DNA of 64,000 bases from an uncultured Pelagibacteraceae bacterium. Lineage in GTDB: Bacteria > Pseudomonadota > Alphaproteobacteria > Pelagibacterales > Pelagibacteraceae. A program made the position numbers and the translations under genes. Of this stretch, positions 52,411 to 61,180 are shown in pieces. A model generated the notes under the pieces. That model searched no databases. It was not told the DNA's origin and was given only the letters and a program-made list of their open reading frames with translations. Location of the stretch: NCBI GenBank assembly GCA_902585415.1, contig CACIDN010000005.1, positions 7,984 to 71,983 on the forward strand, given 5' to 3'. Every line of letters starts with the position of its first letter. Position 1 is the stretch's first letter.

Positions 52411-53235
52411 GTGATTAAACAAGCATTATTAAATTATAAAAAACAATCAAAAAAAGTTTATTTAAACACAAAAAACTTCTTTAAGCCTGAAATTTTTGTT
52501 AAATTAGCTGACAGTAATTCCGAAATTAAACAAGCTCAGAAACTACGTTATCAAGTTTTTTTTTCTGATAGAAATAAAAAAAAAATTCTTAATATTAGTA
52601 ATTTTAGAAAAGACTCTGATAAATATGACAGTTATTGTGATCATATTATAGTAAATTACAAACATTCTAAATTTTCTAAAAACAAAGTTATTGGCACATA
52701 CAGATTGCTTCAACAAAAGGTTGCTGAAAAAAAAATTGGTTTTTATACTTCTGAAGAATTTTGCCTAGATAAACTAATTCAATCTTATGAATATACTAAC
52801 ATGCTTGAATTAAGCAGGTCTTGCATTTCTCAGAAATTTAGAAACAGAAATGTATTAAAATTAATGTGGAGAGAAATTTATAATTATATAAATACAAATA
52901 AAATTGATGGGATGTTCGGAACAGCTAGTTTTTTAGAGATTGATATTCAAAAAATTAATAATCAGTTATTATTTCTCCAACAAAATTATAAAATGCCTGA
53001 AAATATTAGAGTAAAAGCAAGAAAATATTGTAGAGCAAAAATAGATTATTCAAAAAATATTGAACTAAATCTGAAACTAGTAAAATCATTACCAACTCTT
53101 ATAAAAGGTTATATAAAACTTAATGCCTATATCGGTGATGGTGCTGTTATTGATTACAAATTTAAAACTACTGATGTTTTTGTTTTCTTACCTTCAAACA
53201 AAATAAATAAAGAATACGTAGAAAAAATTGTTTGA
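52411..53235 (+). CDS. olsB: GNAT N-acyltransferase, ornithine-lipid OlsB-like
   Basis: AQKLRYQVF, D.YD..CDH, GTYRL, FYT..EF, ELSRSC, FGTAS, LP.LIKGY and D..F.T.D motifs. Confidence 0.8.
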   Translation: MIKQALLNYKKQSKKVYLNTKNFFKPEIFVKLADSNSEIKQAQKLRYQVFFSDRNKKKILNISNFRKDSDKYDSYCDHIIVNYKHSKFSKNKVIGTYRLLQQKVAEKKIGFYTSEEFCLDKLIQSYEYTNMLELSRSCISQKFRNRNVLKLMWREIYNYINTNKIDGMFGTASFLEIDIQKINNQLLFLQQNYKMPENIRVKARKYCRAKIDYSKNIELNLKLVKSLPTLIKGYIKLNAYIGDGAVIDYKFKTTDVFVFLPSNKINKEYVEKIV

Positions 53236-53238
53236 TCA

Positions 53239-53979
53239 ATGTTTAGTTATTTTGTTAAAAAAATTTCTAAAATTGATCATATTAAAGATCTATATAAAAA
53301 AAATTATGATGAATTAAAAAGAACTGATAACTTTTGGACTAAGATAATTGAGTATTTAAATATTAAATACACTGTTAACTCATTAGAAAATATACCAAGT
53401 AAAGGTCCAGTAATAGTTGTATGCAACCATCCATTCGGTCTTTTGGACGGTTTAATAGTTGCAGCAATAATTGCAAACATTAGAAAAGATTATAAAATTT
53501 TGATAAATGAGGAAATTACACAGATTGATCTGATTGAAAAATATCTTATACCAATTAAATTCTCTGAAATAACTGATGATATAAAAAAAAATATTAAAAG
53601 TAAAAAAAGTGCAATTAATTTTATTAATAATGGAGGTTCGCTAATATTATTTCCATCAGGAGAAGTTGCAACTTCGAGTTTTATTTTTGATAAACCAAAA
53701 GAAAGGAAATGGAAACCATTAGTTGGTTCCATAATAAAAAAAACAGAATGTAAAATTGTACCTATTTATTTTAAAGGTAAAAATTCTGTATTATTTCAAA
53801 CTGTAGGTTTTTTTAGTGATCAACTTAGAAGATCGCTATTTATAAGAGAATTGTTTAATAAAAAAAATAATAATTATTTTTTAAAAATTGGAAACAGTAT
53901 AAATTCTAATAAATTTAAAAATTGGAACAGTAATGCCATTGCAGATTATTTAAAAGATCAAGTCTTAAAACTTAATTAG
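53239..53979 (+). CDS. Lysophospholipid-acyltransferase family protein (probable lyso-ornithine-lipid O-acyltransferase)
   Basis: NHPFG.LDG (HX4D), FPSGEVA and VP.YF.G.NS motifs; follows olsB. Confidence 0.75.
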   Translation: MFSYFVKKISKIDHIKDLYKKNYDELKRTDNFWTKIIEYLNIKYTVNSLENIPSKGPVIVVCNHPFGLLDGLIVAAIIANIRKDYKILINEEITQIDLIEKYLIPIKFSEITDDIKKNIKSKKSAINFINNGGSLILFPSGEVATSSFIFDKPKERKWKPLVGSIIKKTECKIVPIYFKGKNSVLFQTVGFFSDQLRRSLFIRELFNKKNNNYFLKIGNSINSNKFKNWNSNAIADYLKDQVLKLN

Positions 53980-54010
53980 TCATAAGTTTAAATAGGATTT
54001 TATAGGATAA

Positions 54011-54112
54011 CTCGGACCATTCTCGGACATAGGGAGATAAAATAAAAAAAATTTACTTATTCCTCTTGTTCAATTATAAATATTGGCATAAACACTCATG
54101 AAAATAACTCAT
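54011..54112 (+). repeat. Right arm of cassette B plus the conserved tRNA upstream/promoter block
   Basis: CTCGGACC-ATT-CTCGGACA at 54011; block contains TTGTTC-N17-TAAACA, a candidate -35/-10. Confidence 0.85.
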
Positions 54113-54198
54113 GCCCTCGTGGTGAAATTGGTAGACACAAAGGACTTAAAATCCTTGCCATTTATGGAGTGCCAGTTCGAGTCTGGCCGAGGGCACCA
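54113..54198 (+). tRNA. tRNA-Leu(TAA), intact, CCA encoded
   Basis: Acceptor GCCCTCG/CGAGGGC, anticodon arm AAGGA-CTTAAAA-TCCTT, long variable arm, GTTCGAGT T-loop, ACCA end. Confidence 0.96.
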
Positions 54199-54287
54199 TA
54201 AATAATTTAGGAGTATGCTTATTACCTTTTTCAACAATAATTAATTAAAGATTAAAAAATTTTTTGTTTTAATGAATAAAGTTTAGA

Positions 54288-55709
54288 TCAATTATTAATT
54301 ATATTTTTAAATAATTCTTGTGAAATAACTTCTTCTTCTATTTTTTTTGATGATAAACTATTGTAATCTTTGAATGCAAATATTGAGGAAAATGTACTTT
54401 CCTTAGAAGAAGTAATTCTAGATCCATGATCTGAGATAATAAAAAATCTTATATTATTTAAATTACCAATTTTTGATAAAAATTTATCCATAAATTTTAT
54501 GACACATTTTCTTTCTATATTATGTTGTTTAAAGTGTTGTATTTTACTTAAATAAATATTTAAATTACTTTTTTTTATTTTGTAATTACAATTTTTGTTA
54601 TATCCATAAGGTTTGTGTGGAACCAAAACATGCATAAATATTAAATCATACTTTTCTGAAAAAATATCTTTAATTGTAAAATCTAATATATTTTCAATAT
54701 ATAACTTTTCTCCTTCAGGCTCTAAGATTGAAGTTATATATTCCAATTGTTTTAGGCTCCTCCATATAAATTTCCCAACAATAGAGCCATTAAGGCTCCA
54801 TAAAGATATAATTTTAGAAAAAGAATCTATTTTAGAATTAATTTTATCTAAAGTATAAGGATTATACTGATAACACTTTTTTACATTTTTAGAATTACAA
54901 TAATTCATATGTAAATTTTGAATAACAGAGACAGAATTGTGTTTATTAAATAATTTATTTTTATTAATTTCATATTCTACAAAATAATTATTTGAATTAC
55001 TTGCATATTCATTTCTTTTATTTTTATCTTCAATTTTATCAAAGTTAATAAAAGAGGTGATTGAATTAACACTATTGTCAGAAATAGAGTAAGCATTTGG
55101 ATAATAATCAAAGTTATATTTTTCAAAAAAATCGACTGCTAGATTATTAAAATTTTTTCCAGAAGATGTTTGGCTTGCTAATGAGCTCATACCTGACATT
55201 TCATCCCAAATCATTATTACTGTTATTTTTTCAAATTTTTTATTTAATTTTTTTTCATAAAAAGGAATTTTATTATAATGTTTTGAATTATCAAAAAAAT
55301 TAAAGATAAACAAACTTAGCATTGTAACTAAAAAAATAATCGATGTTTTTTGATATAAAGTTTTATTTAAGATTATAAAAAATAGTAGTGATATTATTAC
55401 TAGAGTTATTACTGCAGGAATATATATTATTTCAAAAAACCTAAAAAAAAAACTTAAATTCGGTTGAATAAATCCATTAAATAATCCCAAGTGATTATCA
55501 ATACCATATGTTAAAATTAAACTTATATAAATTTTCTTTAAAATTTCTAATTTATTTTTATTAATATAATTTAAAAAAAAATAATTAACTAAAAATAATG
55601 TAAAAAATATTAATATAATAACTGATATTTCTTGTAACTGAAGGTTAGACCTAAATATAAAAATTGGGAATATAGAAAGAAAAAAAATTAAATTATCTTT
55701 CATATTCAT
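54288..55709 (-). CDS. Membrane protein with a sulfatase/alkaline-phosphatase-superfamily C-terminal domain
   Basis: N-terminal TM segments, WDEM, H...PH.PY and ISDHG motifs. Confidence 0.65.
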   Translation of the reverse strand: MNMKDNLIFFLSIFPIFIFRSNLQLQEISVIILIFFTLFLVNYFFLNYINKNKLEILKKIYISLILTYGIDNHLGLFNGFIQPNLSFFFRFFEIIYIPAVITLVIISLLFFIILNKTLYQKTSIIFLVTMLSLFIFNFFDNSKHYNKIPFYEKKLNKKFEKITVIMIWDEMSGMSSLASQTSSGKNFNNLAVDFFEKYNFDYYPNAYSISDNSVNSITSFINFDKIEDKNKRNEYASNSNNYFVEYEINKNKLFNKHNSVSVIQNLHMNYCNSKNVKKCYQYNPYTLDKINSKIDSFSKIISLWSLNGSIVGKFIWRSLKQLEYITSILEPEGEKLYIENILDFTIKDIFSEKYDLIFMHVLVPHKPYGYNKNCNYKIKKSNLNIYLSKIQHFKQHNIERKCVIKFMDKFLSKIGNLNNIRFFIISDHGSRITSSKESTFSSIFAFKDYNSLSSKKIEEEVISQELFKNIINN

Positions 55710-57051
55710 ATATCACTCTTCCAGATTCACTTATCTTACTTGCAGATAAGATCTTTCCTTTATTAGAAATATATTCTTTAAATTTTTCTTCAGAGTAATT
55801 AGGAAAAATATCTCCTTTTATTTCTAACATTTTTTTAATTGTTTCATCATTTTTAGGAACAAATTCAATTAAACCTCTTGGTGCTAATTTCATAATCCAT
55901 TCAACAACTTGATCTAAGGGAATATTTTTGGCTATGGATAAATGATGTTCAAACGCAAGTGCAATAACTCCATCAAATTTTGCTCTTTTTTTAAAACTCA
56001 TTCTTTCTTCCTCATCCCATCCAATATTTGAACTTGGATTTACAGCATCAAAATATAATGGTAAAAAATTCATATTTTCTAATTTTGATTTTTTGTATGC
56101 TAGCTCTATAACATTTAAATCATAATCAAATCCCACAACATATTTACAAAGATTTTTTAAAGCAGTAGAAGAATATAGTCCATTGTTGCATCCAATATCA
56201 GCTAATAAATTAAAATCATTTTTTTTACAAAAATTTTCTACACATTTTACTTTTTTATTTTCCTCTTCTGCTTTGTAAGTATTTTTAAAAGAGTAATCTT
56301 GCCACAAAGAAACATTCTTTTTATCCTTTAAATTATGAATAAATTTTCTTAATTGCATAAGCATTGAAACAAAACTTTTTTTTGGAAATTTTTTGGTATT
56401 TTTTTTTATTGTAATATTTTTATTTTGTTTTGATCTAATCTCTAATTTATTTAAAAGATAAACTTGAACAAAAATATTATATGATAATTTATCAGTGAAA
56501 CTTAAAATATTATTTAGGTCACCAGTTTCAATACCTTCCAAATTTCCTTTAAACCAATTATTAAAATTGATACCTTTTTTTGATTTAAGTATTAATGGAT
56601 TTAAAAAATTTTCACAAAACTGTTTATGTCCGATCCAGTATTCACCTTCTTCATATTTTTTAATTGATAGTAGATCAATAAAAATAGGTTTACTTTTGAT
56701 AAACTGAATATTATATGCACTTGCATCGATCAAAGTTGCATTTAATTCAAGTAAAAATAAATTAAAATCTAGATGGTGCAATGCTGCATCTTTTAGCTGA
56801 GAAAAAGACCACTCATAAGGATATGAGATGTACGGTATTTTTTCGTGCTCAAAAATACATTCCTCTTCAGTGATTTTATATTTAGTAGTTTTTATTAAAA
56901 ATTCTTTTTCTATAGATTTTGAAATTATATTATTTTCTAAAATAAATTTAAGTCTATTTATTCCATCTTTATTTACTTTCCTAAAAACCTTTTCGTCTGA
57001 ATAAAATATTTTCCCAGCAGGATCCCTAAATGATCCTTTTTCTTCAATCAT
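55693..57051 (-). CDS. NoeA-like protein: kinase-like N-domain plus SAM methyltransferase
   Basis: SFRDP, SYPYEW, DASAYN and FIDLLS motifs; C-terminal DIGCNNG, FD.D, LAFEHH and EFVP. Confidence 0.72.
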   Translation of the reverse strand: MIEEKGSFRDPAGKIFYSDEKVFRKVNKDGINRLKFILENNIISKSIEKEFLIKTTKYKITEEECIFEHEKIPYISYPYEWSFSQLKDAALHHLDFNLFLLELNATLIDASAYNIQFIKSKPIFIDLLSIKKYEEGEYWIGHKQFCENFLNPLILKSKKGINFNNWFKGNLEGIETGDLNNILSFTDKLSYNIFVQVYLLNKLEIRSKQNKNITIKKNTKKFPKKSFVSMLMQLRKFIHNLKDKKNVSLWQDYSFKNTYKAEEENKKVKCVENFCKKNDFNLLADIGCNNGLYSSTALKNLCKYVVGFDYDLNVIELAYKKSKLENMNFLPLYFDAVNPSSNIGWDEEERMSFKKRAKFDGVIALAFEHHLSIAKNIPLDQVVEWIMKLAPRGLIEFVPKNDETIKKMLEIKGDIFPNYSEEKFKEYISNKGKILSASKISESGRVIYEYER

Positions 57052-57271
57052 TTTTAATATTTTTTTCTTTATTTTTTTTTCTAAATATTTTTAAAATTAT
57101 TAATTTAAATTTTTCCCAATAAACCGAAATTGTTGCAATACTTGCTGCTATAAAACCAATTATTGCCTGCAAAATTATACTTCCAGTTCCAGGATCTAAA
57201 TAGGCATAAGCATTAGATATACTTAAAATAAAATAAATTGAGCTTAATAATAATAAATTAAATTTAGACAT
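57044..57271 (-). CDS. Small conserved membrane protein (AYLDPGTGS motif)
   Basis: 75 aa; signal-like N-terminus, YLDPGTGSIILQ, TM segment, basic tail; overlaps the start of the next gene. Confidence 0.7.
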   Translation of the reverse strand: MSKFNLLLLSSIYFILSISNAYAYLDPGTGSIILQAIIGFIAASIATISVYWEKFKLIILKIFRKKNKEKNIKND

Positions 57272-57323
57272 ATTTTTTGATTAATATACATTATTGTTTT
57301 CAATTCAATATTTTTTTAAATCA

Positions 57324-58595
57324 CTAAAACATCTTGGTCCCTATGCTTCCAATGAGATATAAAGTAAAATAAAAATAATTAATATATATTGTTTTCAAAT
57401 TAAAAACCTCATCTTTTAAGTTTAAATTAAACATCAATAAAATTAAAAAAAACATTGTCGGACTAAAGTTTGCTTGCCATATGGTATTTTGAGGATTTGA
57501 TAAAACTAAAACAAGAAATAATAGTAGATTATTCTTATCAAATTCAAAAATTTTAAATAAATAAACGCAAGTAAAAAAACATACAGCAAATAAAATAAAA
57601 TTATTTGCAAGTATCATTTGTGAAAAATTATAAATAAATCCTCCACCTGAATTAGTTAATTTATAAGTATCTGTAAAATCGAAAAAATAAGTAGCTAAAA
57701 AAAATAAAATTAAAAAAACTATGAATTTTTTTTTGGCTTCGATTATATACTTAAAATTATAATTTATTTTTTTTGACAAAATAAAAGGAAATAAATAAAA
57801 AAAAAATAATGAAATAATAATTATTATTTTATTAGAAAAATTAACAATACTATAAAAATCCTCTCCAATATCCCATCCAGAAACATTAAATAAAAAATTT
57901 ATTTTAAAAACAAATAAATAAAGAAAGAAAGGTATAGAAAGTAGAATATTAAAAATTGAAATTAATATTATTTCCTTTGAAAATTTAAATTTAAAATAAT
58001 AATTAATAAAAAAATATAAAGCAAACACCCCAAAGTTTGGACTGCAATATGCCGACGTAGACAAAAAGAATATATTTAGTAAAGAATTTTTAAAGGGATT
58101 TTGTTTTTTTTTAAATTTTAAAAAATAATAAATTGAGATGATAAAAAATAATGTCCCTAACAAATGTGGGTCTGGCCAAATTGAATACGATCTAAAAGTA
58201 GGAAAAAATAATATAATTGTTGCTAAAAGTTTTAAGTTTATTTTAGGTGCATCTGTATAAATAAGTTTTAAACATTTGTAAAAAAATAGAGGAATCAAAA
58301 GAAATAAATGAAAAAATATAATTCTTTGAATATGTTCGTCAAAGTTTAAAAAAAGTGATTTAAATATATAAAAAATTGGAGATTGTCTATGACCTAGTTC
58401 ATCATAGTTCATAAATGTATAAAAAAAATTTAATTTAAATTTTTCTGATACGTGCGCAAGGCCATAATAATCATTAAATGCACCGCCTATTGAGTCTTCT
58501 CCATAAAAAAAACCAAAAAGTAAACTAAAGTAAATTAATATAATAATTAAATTTATTTTATTGAAGTTTGCCATTATGAAGATATATACCTTCAA
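57324..58595 (-). CDS. Polytopic membrane protein, possibly a GT-C-type glycosyltransferase or polymerase
   Basis: 423 aa, many TM segments, HRQSP and PTFRSYSIWPD loops; start could be an internal Met. Confidence 0.5.
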   Translation of the reverse strand: MKVYIFIMANFNKINLIIILIYFSLLFGFFYGEDSIGGAFNDYYGLAHVSEKFKLNFFYTFMNYDELGHRQSPIFYIFKSLFLNFDEHIQRIIFFHLFLLIPLFFYKCLKLIYTDAPKINLKLLATIILFFPTFRSYSIWPDPHLLGTLFFIISIYYFLKFKKKQNPFKNSLLNIFFLSTSAYCSPNFGVFALYFFINYYFKFKFSKEIILISIFNILLSIPFFLYLFVFKINFLFNVSGWDIGEDFYSIVNFSNKIIIIISLFFFYLFPFILSKKINYNFKYIIEAKKKFIVFLILFFLATYFFDFTDTYKLTNSGGGFIYNFSQMILANNFILFAVCFFTCVYLFKIFEFDKNNLLLFLVLVLSNPQNTIWQANFSPTMFFLILLMFNLNLKDEVFNLKTIYINYFYFTLYLIGSIGTKMF

Positions 58596-58719
58596 ATTAA
58601 CAATTAAAAATAAATATTGTATATGGATTATATTTTAATGATTCTATTGGATGTTTTTAATTTTCTTACTTTAAATAAAGTAATAAAAGCAGTTCAGATT
58701 TTGGTCGAGAACACTACTA

Positions 58720-59481
58720 ATGAATAAAATTATATCAGATACAAATATAAAATCCCTAAAAATTAAATCTTTTTTATTAAAAAAATTAAAAAACAAAAAA
58801 TTAAATTCTAATCTATTTATTGTTATTGGTGGCGACGGTTTTATGCTTAAAACTTTAAAAAAAAATAAGAATAGTACAAGAAATTATTATGGAATTAATT
58901 CAGGTAATTATGGATTTTTAATGAACAAATTTTCGGTTAAAAATACAATAAAGAATATTTTTAAGGCTAAAATGATATCAATTTCACCATTAGAAATGAA
59001 AGTTACGACTAAAAATAATATATCAAAGAAATACATAGCAATAAATGAGGTATCTATTTTAAGACAAAGTAGACAAGCTGCTTCACTGCAAGTTGTTTCA
59101 GGAAAAAAATATTTAATTAAGAAATTAATATCTGATGGAATTTTAGTCTCAACTCCTGCTGGTAGCACAGCATATAATTTGTCTGTACATGGACCAATTC
59201 TCAGTTTAGACTCAAAAAAACTTTCGGTTTCACCAATCAGTGCTTTCAGACCTAGAAGATGGAAAGGTAAAATAATTAGCGATAATTCTATTGTTATTAT
59301 AAAAAATCTAAATCCAAAAAAAAGACCAATTAGTGCCGTCGCAGACAATATTGAAATTAGAAATGCAAAGAGGATAATTATTAAAACTAATAAAAAAATT
59401 AAATTTAAACTATTATATGACCCCAGTAGAAGCTTACAAAAAAAAATTAAAATTGAGCAAATAAGAAAAGAAATAAATTAA
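58720..59481 (+). CDS. ppnK: NAD kinase
   Basis: GGDGFML, GFL, INE and DG...STPAGSTAYNLS.HGP motifs. Confidence 0.9.
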   Translation: MNKIISDTNIKSLKIKSFLLKKLKNKKLNSNLFIVIGGDGFMLKTLKKNKNSTRNYYGINSGNYGFLMNKFSVKNTIKNIFKAKMISISPLEMKVTTKNNISKKYIAINEVSILRQSRQAASLQVVSGKKYLIKKLISDGILVSTPAGSTAYNLSVHGPILSLDSKKLSVSPISAFRPRRWKGKIISDNSIVIIKNLNPKKRPISAVADNIEIRNAKRIIIKTNKKIKFKLLYDPSRSLQKKIKIEQIRKEIN

Positions 59482-59517
59482 CTACAAGACTCTACATTTT
59501 GATGCTATTATAATTAT

Positions 59518-60327
59518 GTGAAAAGAAGATTATTTTTTCGTATAATTACATATTTATTATCATTACCCATAATAGGCTCATGTACAAAGGTACCAGTAAC
59601 CAATAGAACTCAGCTTAATTTTGTTCCAGATAAATGGATTAGGTGGATTAGTGATAAATATTATTACGATTATTTAGATGACAATTTGTTGATTCAAGAT
59701 GTTGATATGTATAATAGAGTATATGATGTGGGTCTTAAAATCCAACTTGGTATAAAAAAATATTTTGAAATTAAAAAATTAGATTTTAGTAAATACAATT
59801 TAGATTATGAAATTAATGTAGTAGACGATAAAAGAAACTTAAATGCTTTTGCTATGGCTAATGCAAAAATTGTTTTTTTTAGAAGAATTGTGGATTTTTG
59901 CGATAACGATGATCAAATTGCAGCAATCATGGGTCACGAAATGGGTCATGTTATTTCAAAACATATTCATGAAAGAATAAGTCAAAGAGTTACTTGGGAT
60001 GTGTTAACTTTAGGTATTGCAGAAATTTTTGCTGAGCTGGGCTTCTTTCTGCCATGGAGTAGAAAACAAGAGTCTGAAGCCGATTATCTTGGTGTAGTTT
60101 TTATGACATTAGCTGGATATGATCCTAACGAAGCAGCTGTATTTTGGGAAAAACTTTACGATTATCAACAAAAAGTTAAAAAATACAAATCAAATCCTGA
60201 TTTAATCGTTAAGATAAAAAGAAATCTTCCTGAATTTACTAGCACCCATCCATTTCCAGAGAATAGAAGTAAAAAAATTAGAGATTGGGCAAAAGAAGTT
60301 AAAAACGAATTTAAAGATTATATTTGA
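59518..60327 (+). CDS. M48 family metallopeptidase (lipoprotein)
   Basis: Lipobox IGSC, NAFA, HEMGH, SR.QESEAD and STHP motifs. Confidence 0.88.
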   Translation: MKRRLFFRIITYLLSLPIIGSCTKVPVTNRTQLNFVPDKWIRWISDKYYYDYLDDNLLIQDVDMYNRVYDVGLKIQLGIKKYFEIKKLDFSKYNLDYEINVVDDKRNLNAFAMANAKIVFFRRIVDFCDNDDQIAAIMGHEMGHVISKHIHERISQRVTWDVLTLGIAEIFAELGFFLPWSRKQESEADYLGVVFMTLAGYDPNEAAVFWEKLYDYQQKVKKYKSNPDLIVKIKRNLPEFTSTHPFPENRSKKIRDWAKEVKNEFKDYI

Positions 60328-60357
60328 AGGTTTTAAAGTTTTTTAGTATTATTTGAC

Positions 60358-61176
60358 ATGAGAATTTCAGTCATTTTTATAATTTTATCTTTATTTGTAG
60401 TCAGCAATGCTAACGCTAGTAAATCCAGTGATTTGAGAAAAATCGATAGAATGTATGATGATGGATTGTTGACAAGAACCGAATGTGTAAAGGCAAAAAA
60501 AAAAATACTTGGTAGTAACTCAACTCCAACTTGCAAAAAGACATCGACAAAAAAAGCAAATAATAAAAATTTTACTTCTCAAGGAACAGCCTTTTTTATA
60601 GCAAAAGGAGGATATTTGCTTACTAACTACCATGTTGTAGAGGATTGTGACGCGAATGTAAAAATTAAATATAATAGAGATACAATTGATGCAGAAATAA
60701 TATCAAATGACCGACACTTAGATATGTCTTTGTTAAGAGCGTCGTCAGTTAGAAATAATAAATTTCTGAAACTTTCAAATGATGAACCTAAAAAACTTCA
60801 GAGAGTAATTGCAGTTGGGTACCCTTTCGGTAAATTCGTAAGTGATGACTTGAAATTTACTTCAGGTATAATTAGTGCGTTAAAGGGAATTGATGACTCT
60901 TCATCTATGATACAAGTTGATGCTGCTTTAAATCCCGGAAATAGTGGCGGGCCAATAGTTGATGAAGAGACTGGAGATTTAGTCGGTGTTGCTAATATGA
61001 AATTAGACTCGTCAATATCTGAGGGCACTAACTTTGCAATAAAAGCTTCAACTATTGAAAATTTTTTAACATCTAACAAAGTAAAAACATCAGCAAGGTA
61101 TCTTTCTTTTGCTAAGTCCAGAAAAGGCTTGCTAGATCTACTAGAAAGCTCCACTGTTTTTATTTATTGTGAATAA
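60358..61176 (+). CDS. Secreted trypsin-like (S1C) serine protease with a SHOCT-like N-terminal segment
   Basis: Signal peptide; GTAF, LTNYHVV, D, VGYP and DAALNPGNSGGP motifs; MYDDGLLT..E...AKKKIL. Confidence 0.85.
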   Translation: MRISVIFIILSLFVVSNANASKSSDLRKIDRMYDDGLLTRTECVKAKKKILGSNSTPTCKKTSTKKANNKNFTSQGTAFFIAKGGYLLTNYHVVEDCDANVKIKYNRDTIDAEIISNDRHLDMSLLRASSVRNNKFLKLSNDEPKKLQRVIAVGYPFGKFVSDDLKFTSGIISALKGIDDSSSMIQVDAALNPGNSGGPIVDEETGDLVGVANMKLDSSISEGTNFAIKASTIENFLTSNKVKTSARYLSFAKSRKGLLDLLESSTVFIYCE

Positions 61177-61180
61177 TTTT

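Larger units (their letters stand above)
47777..54112. mobile_element. Integrase-free cargo cassette B (phosphate-starvation module) adjacent to intact tRNA-Leu
   Basis: Bounded by copy 3 and the intact tRNA; matching CTCG(T/G)ACCATTCTCGGACATAG(A/G)GAGATA motifs at 47902 and 54011. Confidence 0.75.

Noticed and set aside
43340-54198. CRISPR array or prophage as the explanation for the spaced repeats
   Set aside because: The repeats are tRNA-derived and separated by kilobases of genes; no cas, capsid, terminase or integrase ORFs are present.
54210-54246. AGGAG plus ATG micro-ORF (MLITFFNNN*) after tRNA-Leu
   Set aside because: Nine codons with no supporting evidence; likely chance or a tiny remnant.
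55693-57051. Nodulation function (NoeA, and the NodU-like gene at 45585)
   Set aside because: These are family names only; there is no nodABC and the context is envelope modification.
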